DNA of 64,000 nucleotides from Sphingomonadaceae bacterium (GTDB taxonomy: Bacteria; Pseudomonadota; Alphaproteobacteria; Sphingomonadales; Sphingomonadaceae), in the NCBI GenBank assembly GCA_035644935.1, contig DASQNO010000118.1:12153-76152 (forward strand), given 5' to 3'. How positions within the stretch are numbered: the stretch's first letter is position 1; each line of letters opens with the position of its first letter. The notes under the pieces were generated by a model that saw only the letters and a program-made list of their open reading frames with translations, did not search any database and was not told where the DNA came from. Both the position numbers and the translations under genes were made by a program. This document shows, in pieces, positions 8,635 through 17,321 of this stretch.

Positions 8635-9377
8635 CGCGCGCGGCCGCATCCGGGCTGGCGCTGCTGGTGCGTCCCTGCCGGGTCGAGGCTTCGCTGTGGC
8701 GCCGGTTCCGGCTGGAGGCGGTGGGCGAATGCCGCGGCGTGCTGTTCGACCGCTATCTGGGTCTCGCCCGCGCCATTGCCGCCTGCCACTATCACCGGCG
8801 ATTCGGGCACGGCATCGAACGCGGCGACTTCGAACAGTTCGCGTTCGAAGGGCTGCTGCAGGCGATCGACCGGTTCGACCCGCTGCAGGGCGTGCCGTTC
8901 GGCGCCTATGCCCGCCGCCGTATCGCGGGCAGCGTCGCGGACGGCATCTCCAAGATGACGGAGGTCGGCACGCAGATCAGCCACCGCCACCGCACCGAAC
9001 AGGAACGCCTGCGCTCGCTGGCGCGCGCAGGCGCGGACATCACCGACGAGGACGCCATCGCCGCGCTGTCCGACCTCGCGCTGGGCCTGGCGCTCGGCCT
9101 GATGCTCGAGGGGACCAGCCTGATGGAGCCGGCCGACGGCCTCGACACGCGTCCGACCGCCTACGAGACGCTGGAATGGCGGCAGATGCAGGCGGGGCTG
9201 GCGCGGGAGGTCGCGCGGCTTCCCGACGCCGAAGCCGTGGTCATTCGCCAGCATTACAACAACGGTTTAAGCTTCGCGCAGGTCGCCGAACTGCTGGGCC
9301 TCAGCCGCGGCCGCGTGTCGCAACTTCACCGCGCCGGGCTCGACCGGCTGCGCAAGAAGATGGGCGCGTTCAATTGA
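8631..9377 (+). CDS. fliA: Sigma-70 family sigma factor, FliA (sigma-28)-like
   Basis: Region 2 FEGLLQAIDRFDPLQGVPFGAYARRRIAGSVADGI and region 4 HTH LSFAQVAELLGLSRGRVSQLHRAGLDRLRK. GTG 8631 gives a GTGA overlap with the fliP stop. Confidence 0.8.
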   Translation: MTRAAASGLALLVRPCRVEASLWRRFRLEAVGECRGVLFDRYLGLARAIAACHYHRRFGHGIERGDFEQFAFEGLLQAIDRFDPLQGVPFGAYARRRIAGSVADGISKMTEVGTQISHRHRTEQERLRSLARAGADITDEDAIAALSDLALGLALGLMLEGTSLMEPADGLDTRPTAYETLEWRQMQAGLAREVARLPDAEAVVIRQHYNNGLSFAQVAELLGLSRGRVSQLHRAGLDRLRKKMGAFN

Positions 9378-9390
9378 AGAAGGATCACCG

Positions 9391-9957
9391 ATGACCACCC
9401 TGTGCAGCGACGACGAACTGCAGGAGCTGATGGCCGCGATGCAGGCGGACAGCGCCGACGAACTCGAGCGCGCCGACCGCCTTGTCGCGATCTACCCGGA
9501 GGATGCGCGGCTGCATTTTCTGCGTGGTTCGATCCTCGCCAATATCGGCCGCCCGATCGAGGCGCTGCCCGCGCTCAAGCGGTCCGTCGAGCTCGCGCCC
9601 GATTTTTCGCTGGCGCGGTTTCAGACCGGCTTCTTCCAGCTGACTTCGGGCGAGGCGGCGGATGCGCTGGGCACCTGGGGGCCGCTGGCGATGCTGCCGG
9701 CCGACAATTACCTGCGCATGTTCGTCGCGGGGCTGACCCACCTGATCCGCGACGAGTTCGCCGAGGCGGTCGCGCAGCTCGAAGCCGGCATCGCGGCCAA
9801 CGAGGAGAACCCGCCGCTCAACCGCGACATGCAGCTGATCATCGATCAGACGACCGAGCTGATGGCGGGCGCGCCGGCCGTGTTGCCCGAGGAAACCGGG
9901 AGCGCATCGGCCACCAGCTTCCTGCTGGGCCAGTTCGATCGCGGGCGGCCCAACTGA
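9391..9957 (+). CDS. TPR-repeat protein (188 aa)
   Basis: TPR-like helix pairs (ARLHFLRGSILANIGRPIEALPALKRSVELAPDFSLARFQTGFFQL). Weak Shine-Dalgarno-like purine-rich motif (GAAGGA) upstream of the ATG. Immediately follows the sigma factor. Confidence 0.6.
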   Translation: MTTLCSDDELQELMAAMQADSADELERADRLVAIYPEDARLHFLRGSILANIGRPIEALPALKRSVELAPDFSLARFQTGFFQLTSGEAADALGTWGPLAMLPADNYLRMFVAGLTHLIRDEFAEAVAQLEAGIAANEENPPLNRDMQLIIDQTTELMAGAPAVLPEETGSASATSFLLGQFDRGRPN

Positions 9958-9980
9958 CCCGCGTCACGTCTTCCGATCAT

Positions 9981-10277
9981 GTGCTGCTGCTGCTGCGCGA
10001 GCAGTTGCAGCGGCTCGACCGGGCGGGCGCCAAGCGGACGGCCCCGGGCGCCAAGCCGACGGCGGCGCCGATGGCGCGGCTGCGGGCGTTGGGGGATGTC
10101 CCGGACAAGGAATTCAAGCGGACGCTGGTGCGCGCGCTGCTGGCCGAGCGGATGGGAGAAGGGGTGGCCAACGACCCCGCGTTCCAGGCGGTGATCGACG
10201 ATGTTTACCGCATCATCGACGAAAGCGACGACGGACGGGCGCTGATTCACCGCGCCGCGACGCGTTTGCGGGGGTGA
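9981..10277 (+). CDS. Hypothetical small protein (about 98 aa; start uncertain)
   Basis: Open frame after the TPR gene, ending inside a terminator hairpin. GTG 9981 is the first plausible start. No family recognised. Confidence 0.35.
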   Translation: MLLLLREQLQRLDRAGAKRTAPGAKPTAAPMARLRALGDVPDKEFKRTLVRALLAERMGEGVANDPAFQAVIDDVYRIIDESDDGRALIHRAATRLRG

Positions 10278-10290
10278 AAACGCGCTTTTT
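10261..10290 (+). terminator. Rho-independent terminator candidate at the end of the plus-strand flagellar operon
   Basis: Stem CGCGTTT (10261-10267) pairs with AAACGCG (10278-10284). The 10-nt loop contains the TGA stop, and CTTTTT follows. Confidence 0.55.
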
Positions 10291-10455
10291 GGGTGGTTTC
10301 CGCAACCGGAGTACGGGGCTGCGCGGTGTGAAAAGGTCGCGAAGTTCGCAAAGTTCCTAGTGTTGAGCCGTTTTCGCATCCAGTGGATCGTGAAACGCGA
10401 GTCGCAGCCGGATCAGAGAACGAAAGCAGATCGCCGTCCTGTAGGACAGAACTTT

Positions 10456-11586
10456 TCAAGCCATCCCTAGCTTGGCGAGCGCCTGCGCAATCGTGCGACC
10501 GCTGTCGTCCACCGGCGTGTTGATCGCCAGCGCGTAGATGCGCTGCGCGCCCGCCTCGTCGCCGGCGCCTGCCGCCAGCATCGATTTGGCGAGCGCCGCC
10601 GAATAGCATTGCCGGTCGAGGCGGAGCGCGACGTCGCTGCGCTGCCGGGCGCTGTCCGCGTCGCCCTCCAGCAGGTCGAGCACCGCCAGCGATCCGTGCG
10701 ATTCGGCGAAGTTCGGGTCGATGCGCAGCGCGGTTTCGAAGCGGGCGCGGCTCGCCGGGAGATCGCGGGCGACGAAATGCGCCCAGCCGGCGGCGATCCA
10801 GGAGCCCAGGTGATCGCCGAACAGCTCCGCGCCCCGGTCGATGTCGCCGGCTGCGGTGTCCGCCTGGCCGGTGAGCAGCTTGGCGAGGCCGCGGCCGACC
10901 CAGGCGCGCGGCGCCTGCGCATTGGCGTCCAGCACGCGGTCGAAGATCGCCAGCGCTTCGGTGGCGCGCTCCTCGCCTAAAGCCAGCGTGCCCAGCGTCG
11001 CCAGCGCGTCCGGGTGATCGCCCGCCGCTGCCGCGCATCGCGCCGCCAGTTCCTCGTCGCCGACGTCGATCGCCAGCACGGACACCGCCGCCATCAGCGG
11101 CGCGTAGTCCGGGTGCAGCTCCACATACTCACGCGCCAGCGCCGCCGCCTGCTCGAACTCGCCATGCTGGTGAAGGATCTGCACGCGCAGCATTGCCGCC
11201 GCCGGCAGCGCGCGCGCGACGTCGTCCTCCAGCAGCGACAGGGCGCCGTGAAGGTCCTTCTTCATCGCCCACGCCCAGGCGAGGTTGAACCGCAGCGCGT
11301 GATCGTCGTCGCCGCCCAGCAGCAGGCGTTCGAAGAAGGCGGCCGCCACGTCGTATTGCCCCTGCCGCATCGCGGCGAGCCCGGCGAGGTTGGTCTCGCG
11401 CGGCGGCAGCGGGGCGAGGGCGGCGTAGCGTTCGAGCACGGCCGCCGCCGTGTCCGCGTCGCCCGCGTCCACCGCGGCCTCCGCCGCGTCGGCGAGTAGC
11501 GGCAGGTTGGCGGGGTCGCTTTCGAGGTACGACAGGAGCCGTTGCAGCCGGCTCGTTTCGACGGTGTCCACGAGATCATCCTTCAT
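10456..11586 (-). CDS. TPR-repeat protein (376 aa)
   Basis: Multiple TPR-like repeats along the whole length. ATG at 11586 (MKDDLVDT...); the upstream part of the track ORF runs through a palindromic repeat. Lies downstream of flhA on the same strand. Confidence 0.7.
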   Translation of the reverse strand: MKDDLVDTVETSRLQRLLSYLESDPANLPLLADAAEAAVDAGDADTAAAVLERYAALAPLPPRETNLAGLAAMRQGQYDVAAAFFERLLLGGDDDHALRFNLAWAWAMKKDLHGALSLLEDDVARALPAAAMLRVQILHQHGEFEQAAALAREYVELHPDYAPLMAAVSVLAIDVGDEELAARCAAAAGDHPDALATLGTLALGEERATEALAIFDRVLDANAQAPRAWVGRGLAKLLTGQADTAAGDIDRGAELFGDHLGSWIAAGWAHFVARDLPASRARFETALRIDPNFAESHGSLAVLDLLEGDADSARQRSDVALRLDRQCYSAALAKSMLAAGAGDEAGAQRIYALAINTPVDDSGRTIAQALAKLGMA

Positions 11587-11617
11587 CGGTAACAACCTCA
11601 ATCGCGTGGCTTGCCGC

Positions 11618-11685
11618 GTACCCCGACGAAGGCCGGGGTCCAGCATCGTGGCCACGGATCTGGACCCCGGCCTTTGCCGGGGAAC
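11618..11685. repeat. Palindromic REP/MITE-like element, family A
   Basis: GTACCCCGACGAAGGCCGGGGTCCAG ... CTGGACCCCGGCCTTTGCCGGGGAAC. Same architecture as the copies at 21748, 22161 and 22281. Confidence 0.8.
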
Positions 11686-11714
11686 TAGCGGAAATTCGGC
11701 CCATGCACCCCACC

Positions 11715-13745
11715 CTACGCCTCCAGCTTGACGACATCGAAAGACTTGAGATTGATCCGCATCGGGATCTCGTTGACCGATAGCACCGACAATCGCGGGA
11801 TGCTGCGCTTGGTGAACGCCTTCAACTGACGCCGCACCTCCGCCCCGCACAGCAGCACGGGCGAGCGACCCTCCCGGTGCATGTCCTCCGACATCGCCGA
11901 CAGCTTGCGGATCAATTGCTCGGCCAGTTTCGGCTCGACCAGCAGCGTGCCGCGCGGGCCCGCCTGCCCGGCGTTGGTGGTGATCTGGTTCTCGATCCGG
12001 GGATCGAGGCTCAGCACCGCCAGGTCGTTGTGCTTGCCGCGAAGCTGGTGGCAGATCGAATGGCTGATGCGCTGGCGCACCAGTTCGGTGAGCTCCCCCG
12101 TCTCCTTTTGCGTGCGGGCGAGGTCGGTCAGATGCTCCAGGATCAGGTCGACATTGGCGATGGACACGCCTTCGCCCAGCAGGTTCTGCAGCACGCGCTG
12201 GACGTCGGAGATGGTCAGGCTGTTGGGGATCAGCTCTTCAAGCAATCCCGGCTGGCGTTCGCGGACGTCCTCCATCATCTTCACGACAACCGATCGCGTC
12301 ACCAAAGTCGCCATCTCGCTCTGCACGATCTCCCCGAAATGCGTGATCAGCACGGTGACGGGGTCGATGACCTTGAGCCCCGCCGCGCGCGCTTCCGCCG
12401 CCGCTTCGGGCAGGATCCACAAGGCGGGGAGCCCAAAGGCGGGATCCTCGGTCGCGATGCCGTCCAGCTTGACCGTCTCGTCTCCCGACCGGATCGCCAG
12501 CACCCGGTCCGGATGGATTTCGGCCAGCGCGAAGCGCGACCCGAACAGGCGGATCTCGTATTGGAGCGTCCCCAGCCCCGCGCCGTCCCCCATGCGCACC
12601 GCCGGGAAGCCCAGCCCGTAGTCGCCCTCGAAGACGCGACGCAGGCCCGCAATGCGATCGGTGACGATCGCCTCCTCCGCTTTCCAGGCCTGGCTCAGCT
12701 CGCTTCCCAGCCGGATCTCGAGCGCGGGGGCGGGACCCGCGCCCGCCAGCTCGTCGGCCGCCGCCTCCACCTCGCGCGCGGCCTCCGCAATCGCCGGCGC
12801 GGCCTTGCGCGCCTTGTACCAGGCGAGCAGCGCCAGCGCGATGATGATGGCGATCGGCCATTTGGGCATGCCGGGCAGCAGCAGCAGCGCCAGCAGGATC
12901 GCCGCGACGATCAGCGGGATGCGCGGCACCGACGCCAGCTGGCGGAACACCTCGGTGCTGAGCTCCCGGTCCGCTGACGAGCGCGTGACGATGATGCCGG
13001 TGGCGATGGCGATGATGAGCGCGGGCAGCTGCGTCGCGATGCCGTCGCCGATGGTCAGCAGCGTGAACCGCTCCAGCGCCACGTCCCACGCCATGTCCAT
13101 CTGAACGACGCCGATGATCCACCCGCCGATGATGTTGATCAGGAGGATCAGGATGCCGGCGATGGCGTCGCCCTTCACGAACTTGCTGGCGCCGTCCATC
13201 GACCCGTAGAACGAGGCCTCTTTCTCCAGCTCCTCGCGCCGCTGCACCGCCTGCTTCTGGTCGATCAGACCCATGTTGAGGTCGGCGTCGATGCTCATCT
13301 GCTGGCCGGGCATCGAATCCAGCATGAAGCGCGCCGCGACTTCCGACACGCGCTGCGCGCCCGCGGTTACGACGACGTACTGCACCACCACGAGGATCAG
13401 GAACACGACCAAACCGATAACGAAATTGCCCTGCACGGCGAACGTGCCGATGGAGCCGATCACTTCGCCGGCATCAGCGCCGGTCAGGATCAGGCGGGTG
13501 GCGGCGACGTTGAGCGACAGGCGGAAGAGCGTGGCGAGCAGCAGCAGCGAGGGAAAGGTCGAGAACTCCACCGGCTTGCCGACGTAAAAGGTCAGCAACA
13601 GGATCGTCAGCGCGAAGCCGAAATTGATGAGGATGGCGAGGTCCAGCACCGCCGGCGGGATCGGCGAGAACAGGATGGTGAGGATCAGCACCATGCCGAT
13701 CACCAGCGCCAGGTCCTTGTTATTGCGGAGCGTCTTGCCGAGCAT
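11715..13745 (-). CDS. flhA: Export-gate protein FlhA
   Basis: FPSLLLLATLFRLSLNVAATRLIL and the downstream conserved TM and cytoplasmic blocks. ATG at 13745 (MLGKTLRNNKDLAL). Confidence 0.95.
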   Translation of the reverse strand: MLGKTLRNNKDLALVIGMVLILTILFSPIPPAVLDLAILINFGFALTILLLTFYVGKPVEFSTFPSLLLLATLFRLSLNVAATRLILTGADAGEVIGSIGTFAVQGNFVIGLVVFLILVVVQYVVVTAGAQRVSEVAARFMLDSMPGQQMSIDADLNMGLIDQKQAVQRREELEKEASFYGSMDGASKFVKGDAIAGILILLINIIGGWIIGVVQMDMAWDVALERFTLLTIGDGIATQLPALIIAIATGIIVTRSSADRELSTEVFRQLASVPRIPLIVAAILLALLLLPGMPKWPIAIIIALALLAWYKARKAAPAIAEAAREVEAAADELAGAGPAPALEIRLGSELSQAWKAEEAIVTDRIAGLRRVFEGDYGLGFPAVRMGDGAGLGTLQYEIRLFGSRFALAEIHPDRVLAIRSGDETVKLDGIATEDPAFGLPALWILPEAAAEARAAGLKVIDPVTVLITHFGEIVQSEMATLVTRSVVVKMMEDVRERQPGLLEELIPNSLTISDVQRVLQNLLGEGVSIANVDLILEHLTDLARTQKETGELTELVRQRISHSICHQLRGKHNDLAVLSLDPRIENQITTNAGQAGPRGTLLVEPKLAEQLIRKLSAMSEDMHREGRSPVLLCGAEVRRQLKAFTKRSIPRLSVLSVNEIPMRINLKSFDVVKLEA

Positions 13746-14856
13746 CGTTGTTACCTGAGGTGGCCGCTCGCGCGGCGTTGTCGGTGGTCGCCGCGCGGGC
13801 GGCGTGGAGCTTGAAATAAAGGTCGGCGACGCCGCCATATTCGTTCGCGCCGATCTCGCGGCCGGTCTCGCCGCGCTCGTACAGGGCGCGCGCCAGCGGG
13901 CGGTTCTCGAAGATCGGGATGCCGAGGCGGAAGGCCTGGCGCTTCATCGCCAGCGCGTTGTGGTTGCGGGCCTTGGCGGTGACGGTGGGCGCCGCCATCG
14001 TCGCCGCGTCGTAGCCCAGCGCCACCGCGACATGCTGCGGATTAACGATCAGCATGTCGGAGCCGGGGAGCTTGCCCAGGTCCTTGGACTGCTGAACGAA
14101 TTCGGCGTGCAGCTGCTTTCGCTTCTGCCGCATCCTGGGCTCGCCTTCCCTGTCCTTGGACTCGCGCGTCAGCTCGCTGCGGCTCATGCGCATCTGCTTG
14201 CTGTATTCGCGGCGCACCATGATCTGGTCGATGCCGGCGAAGAACAGGGCCAGCAGGATGAACAGCATCAGCAGGCGGGTGCCGACGCCCCGCATCGCGT
14301 CGGCAAGGCCGGCGGCGCCGTCGCCGTAGAAGCCCGGCGTCGTCATCACCGACTTGACCACCAGGAACGTCACGGTGGCGTAGGCGGCGAACTTGACGAC
14401 GTTCTTCAGCGCCTCCTTGAGCATGCGCACCGAGAACAGCCGCTTGAGGCCCTTGGCCGGGTTGATCTTGGAGAAATCGGGCTTCAGCGGATGTGTGGTG
14501 AAGATCAGCCCGCGCAGCTGCACCACCTCGAACAGCAAAGCGATCGCGACCACCGTTCCGCCCAGCAGCAGGATGGGCTGCAGCGCCGGCCAGTACACGG
14601 CGGCCATCGTGGCGGTGGCGTGCTGCGGATCGGTGGCGCCTTCGATCCCCGCGCCCAGCGAGCGCCGCATCAGCAGCGCCAGCGTTTGCGCGACGCCTTC
14701 GCCGGCCACCGTCAGAAACGCCGCCAGCGCGAGCAGCACGCCGAAAAAGCCCAGGTCCATGCCGCGCGCGACCTGGCCCTTCTCCCGCGCGCGCTTGAGC
14801 TTAAAGGGGGTCGCCTCCTCGCTCTTGTTCTGTTCGCCGCCGCCGCCGTCGGACAT
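13720..14856 (-). CDS. flhB: Export switch protein FlhB
   Basis: N-terminus EQNKSEEATPFKLKRAREKGQVARG. The autocleavage loop reads NPQH (canonical NPTH) in LIVNPQHVAVALGY. ATGA overlap with the fliR stop. Confidence 0.9.
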   Translation of the reverse strand: MSDGGGGEQNKSEEATPFKLKRAREKGQVARGMDLGFFGVLLALAAFLTVAGEGVAQTLALLMRRSLGAGIEGATDPQHATATMAAVYWPALQPILLLGGTVVAIALLFEVVQLRGLIFTTHPLKPDFSKINPAKGLKRLFSVRMLKEALKNVVKFAAYATVTFLVVKSVMTTPGFYGDGAAGLADAMRGVGTRLLMLFILLALFFAGIDQIMVRREYSKQMRMSRSELTRESKDREGEPRMRQKRKQLHAEFVQQSKDLGKLPGSDMLIVNPQHVAVALGYDAATMAAPTVTAKARNHNALAMKRQAFRLGIPIFENRPLARALYERGETGREIGANEYGGVADLYFKLHAARAATTDNAARAATSGNNDARQDAPQ

Positions 14857-15611
14857 CAGATAAGCGCGATCGCGGTTTCGAGCGCGTAGCGGATCATGCG
14901 CAGGAACAGGGCGCCCGACAGCGTAATCGCGATCGGCAGCACGATCAGCATCGCCAGCGCCTTGACCTGAAAGCCCAGCAGCAGGACGTTCATCTGCGGC
15001 ATCGTCCGGCTCATCAGCGAGATCGCGATGTCCAGCGTGAAGAGCACCAGCATCAGCAGCCCGCCGGCGCCGAACGCCATCACGAATACCGCCGACATGT
15101 AGCCGGTGAGCGCGCCGAGGTCGCCGCCGATCCCCGCCGACCCCAGCGGCACCTGGTCGACCGACGCCGCCCAGATCGCCAGCATGTCGGCCGGGCCGTC
15201 CGTGGCGAAGAAGATCGCCGCCGCCGCGTAGGCGAACAGGGTGCCCGCCAGCGGCACCTGCGCCCGCGTCGTGGGGTCGAGCAGCATCGACAGGCCGAAC
15301 CCCGCCTGGATGTCGATCGCCCGCCCCACCGTCTGCAGCGCGGCGAACGCCAGCTGGAGGGCCAGCGACAGCCCGACGCCGAGCAGCAGCTCGCCCAAGG
15401 CCGTGACGAACAGGCCCGGCGCCCAGAAATCGGCGCGCCACGTCTGGTTCGGGTGGCCCGACACCAGCCACGCCGCCAGGCTGACGCTCAGCATCACGCG
15501 CACCAGAGCGGGGACGCGCAGCAGCGTGAACGGCGGCGAGAAGGCGAACGCGGGCGCGATGCGCAGGCTGACCAGCAGCGTCGCCACGAACTGATTGCTA
15601 TAGTCTTCCAA
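14856..15611 (-). CDS. fliR: Export-gate protein FliR
   Basis: Polytopic membrane protein starting LLVSLRIAPAFAFSPPF, typical of FliR/SctT. Lies between fliQ and flhB. Confidence 0.9.
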   Translation of the reverse strand: MEDYSNQFVATLLVSLRIAPAFAFSPPFTLLRVPALVRVMLSVSLAAWLVSGHPNQTWRADFWAPGLFVTALGELLLGVGLSLALQLAFAALQTVGRAIDIQAGFGLSMLLDPTTRAQVPLAGTLFAYAAAAIFFATDGPADMLAIWAASVDQVPLGSAGIGGDLGALTGYMSAVFVMAFGAGGLLMLVLFTLDIAISLMSRTMPQMNVLLLGFQVKALAMLIVLPIAITLSGALFLRMIRYALETAIALI

Positions 15612-15621
15612 GGCCGGCCGC

Positions 15622-15891
15622 TTATCCGCCCAGCGTCGGGATGATCAGGTAGAGCGAGGTCGCGAAATTGGTCATGCGGCCCATCATCCACGGCCCGATC
15701 GCGATCAGCAGAAAGGCCGCCGTCAGGATCTTGGGGACATAGGTCAGCGTCATTTCCTGAAGCTGCGTCGTCACCTGGAACACACTGATCATCAGGCCGA
15801 CGAGCAGCGTCGCGATCAGGATGGGACCGCCGACGATCAGGCTCTGCCACAGCATGTCGTTCAGGAAATTGAGCGCGCGATCGGTTCCCAC
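15622..15891 (-). CDS. fliQ: Export-gate protein FliQ
   Basis: LLVGLMISVFQVTTQLQEMTLTYVPKILTAAFLLIAIGPWM is the FliQ/SctS signature. GTG 15891 gives the usual ~89 aa. Confidence 0.85.
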   Translation of the reverse strand: MGTDRALNFLNDMLWQSLIVGGPILIATLLVGLMISVFQVTTQLQEMTLTYVPKILTAAFLLIAIGPWMMGRMTNFATSLYLIIPTLGG

Positions 15892-16082
15892 CGCTTCCCC
15901 CCGGGCGTACGGCCGGCACGCTCCGCGTAAGGGGGCGCGCAGTGCCAAACGATTGATTGCAGGACGTTATTGGGCGTCCGCATGCTCGGCAATCGAGGGC
16001 GGGGGCAATTGCAACCGGTTCGGGCCAGTCTCCGCTGGTTGCGTCCGAAGTCGTGGAACCATTCCGGACCCGCCCCCGCGCG

Positions 16083-17252
16083 ATGGCAGGTGCCAATCGC
16101 CGCATCAGGCGTCATAAGGCGCGCGTGCCGATATCCATTGAGCCTGCCGAACTGAACGCGGTGGTCGCCTGCTGCCGCTGGCCGCCGTCGCCGGCGCGCG
16201 AGGCGGCGGTGCGGGACGCGGCGGCGACGGCGCTGAACTGGGACCTGCTCGCCCGCATCGTCGCGCGGCACCGGGTGGAGGGGCTCGTCCACGATGCCTT
16301 ACGCCGCGCGGGCGTGTCGCCGCCGCCCGCCGTCGCCGCCGCGCTGGCGGCCGCGGCGAGGGGGATCGCGCAGGAAAACCTCCGTTTCGCCGCCGCGTCC
16401 GTGCGGCTGAGCGCCGCACTTGACGCCGCCGCCGTGCCGCATCTGTTCGTCAAGGGCGTGTCGCTGGGCGTGCTCGCCTACGGGTCGCTGGGCCACAAGA
16501 AGTCGTGGGACATCGACCTGGCGGTCGAGCCCGGCGCCTACGGACGCGCCTGCAAGGTGCTGGCGGACGCGGGGTACGCCCAAGTCGAACATGAGGGCGA
16601 GGGCGCCAACAAGCACAGCGAATGGGCAGACGCCGCGCGCGTCACGGTGGAGCTGCACGCCAGCCTAGTGGACAACGCGCTGATTATGCCCGGCCTGTCG
16701 GTGCTGGGGCCGCGGCAGGAGGTCGCGGTGGCGGGTGGGGCCACGCTGCCGACGCTCGCAGGTGACGAGCTGTTCGCGTATCTGTGCGTCCACGGCGGCG
16801 CGCACGCGTGGTCGCGGCTGAAGTGGCTGGCAGACGTCGCCGCGCTGATCGCGCCCGCCGACGAGGCGGAGGTGGCGCGGCTGTACGCGCGCAGCCAAGC
16901 GATGGGGGCGGGGCGCTCGGTCGGGCAGGCGCTGCTCTTGTGCGCGGACCTGTTCGGGCGCGAACTGCCGCCCAAGCTGGAAGCGGCGCTGCGCGGCGAT
17001 CCTATCGTACGCGCGCTGGTGCGCGCGGCGCGCGGCTCGATGACGCGGGGCGGCGCCGATGTCGAACTCGACAGCCTGGTGCTGGGCACCGTGCCGATCC
17101 ACGCGACGCATTTCTTCCTGCAGCGCGGCTGGCGGTACAAATGGCTGGAGGCCCGGCGCAAGCTGGGCGGCGGCGGCGCGCTGGGGCCGGCGGCGCGGCT
17201 GACCGGCTGGCTGACGCGCCGCAGCCGCACCGCCGCCGCGCCGCCGGCCTGA
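16083..17252 (+). CDS. Uncharacterised nucleotidyltransferase family protein (NTP_transf_5-like)
   Basis: FVKGVSLGVLAYGSLGHKKSWDIDLAV and the later LCVHGGAHAWSRLKWLADV resemble that family from memory. ATG 16083 is in frame. Confidence 0.55.
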   Translation: MAGANRRIRRHKARVPISIEPAELNAVVACCRWPPSPAREAAVRDAAATALNWDLLARIVARHRVEGLVHDALRRAGVSPPPAVAAALAAAARGIAQENLRFAAASVRLSAALDAAAVPHLFVKGVSLGVLAYGSLGHKKSWDIDLAVEPGAYGRACKVLADAGYAQVEHEGEGANKHSEWADAARVTVELHASLVDNALIMPGLSVLGPRQEVAVAGGATLPTLAGDELFAYLCVHGGAHAWSRLKWLADVAALIAPADEAEVARLYARSQAMGAGRSVGQALLLCADLFGRELPPKLEAALRGDPIVRALVRAARGSMTRGGADVELDSLVLGTVPIHATHFFLQRGWRYKWLEARRKLGGGGALGPAARLTGWLTRRSRTAAAPPA

Positions 17253-17321
17253 CGAACTGTTATCGAGCTTTCCGAGCTTTTTCAGAAGGCTTGCTAGTGA
17301 AACGGTAACGGGTGGCCGTGC

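Noticed and set aside
9523-9545. GGTTCGATCC, a tRNA T-loop-like string
   Set aside because: It lies inside the TPR coding frame. No complementary T-stem, acceptor stem or anticodon arm can be drawn around it.
10291-10455. Lower-GC 165-bp convergent spacer examined for an sRNA or small ORF
   Set aside because: I found no convincing promoter-plus-terminator pair, conserved structure or Shine-Dalgarno-preceded ORF. It is most simply the 3' untranslated space of two convergent operons.
15931-15960. Possible sigma-54 promoter (TGGCAC on the minus strand) upstream of fliQ
   Set aside because: TGGCAC is followed by TGCGCGCCCC. The GC of the -12 element would be 2 nt too close and there is no TTGC, so it does not fit the GG-N10-GC rule.
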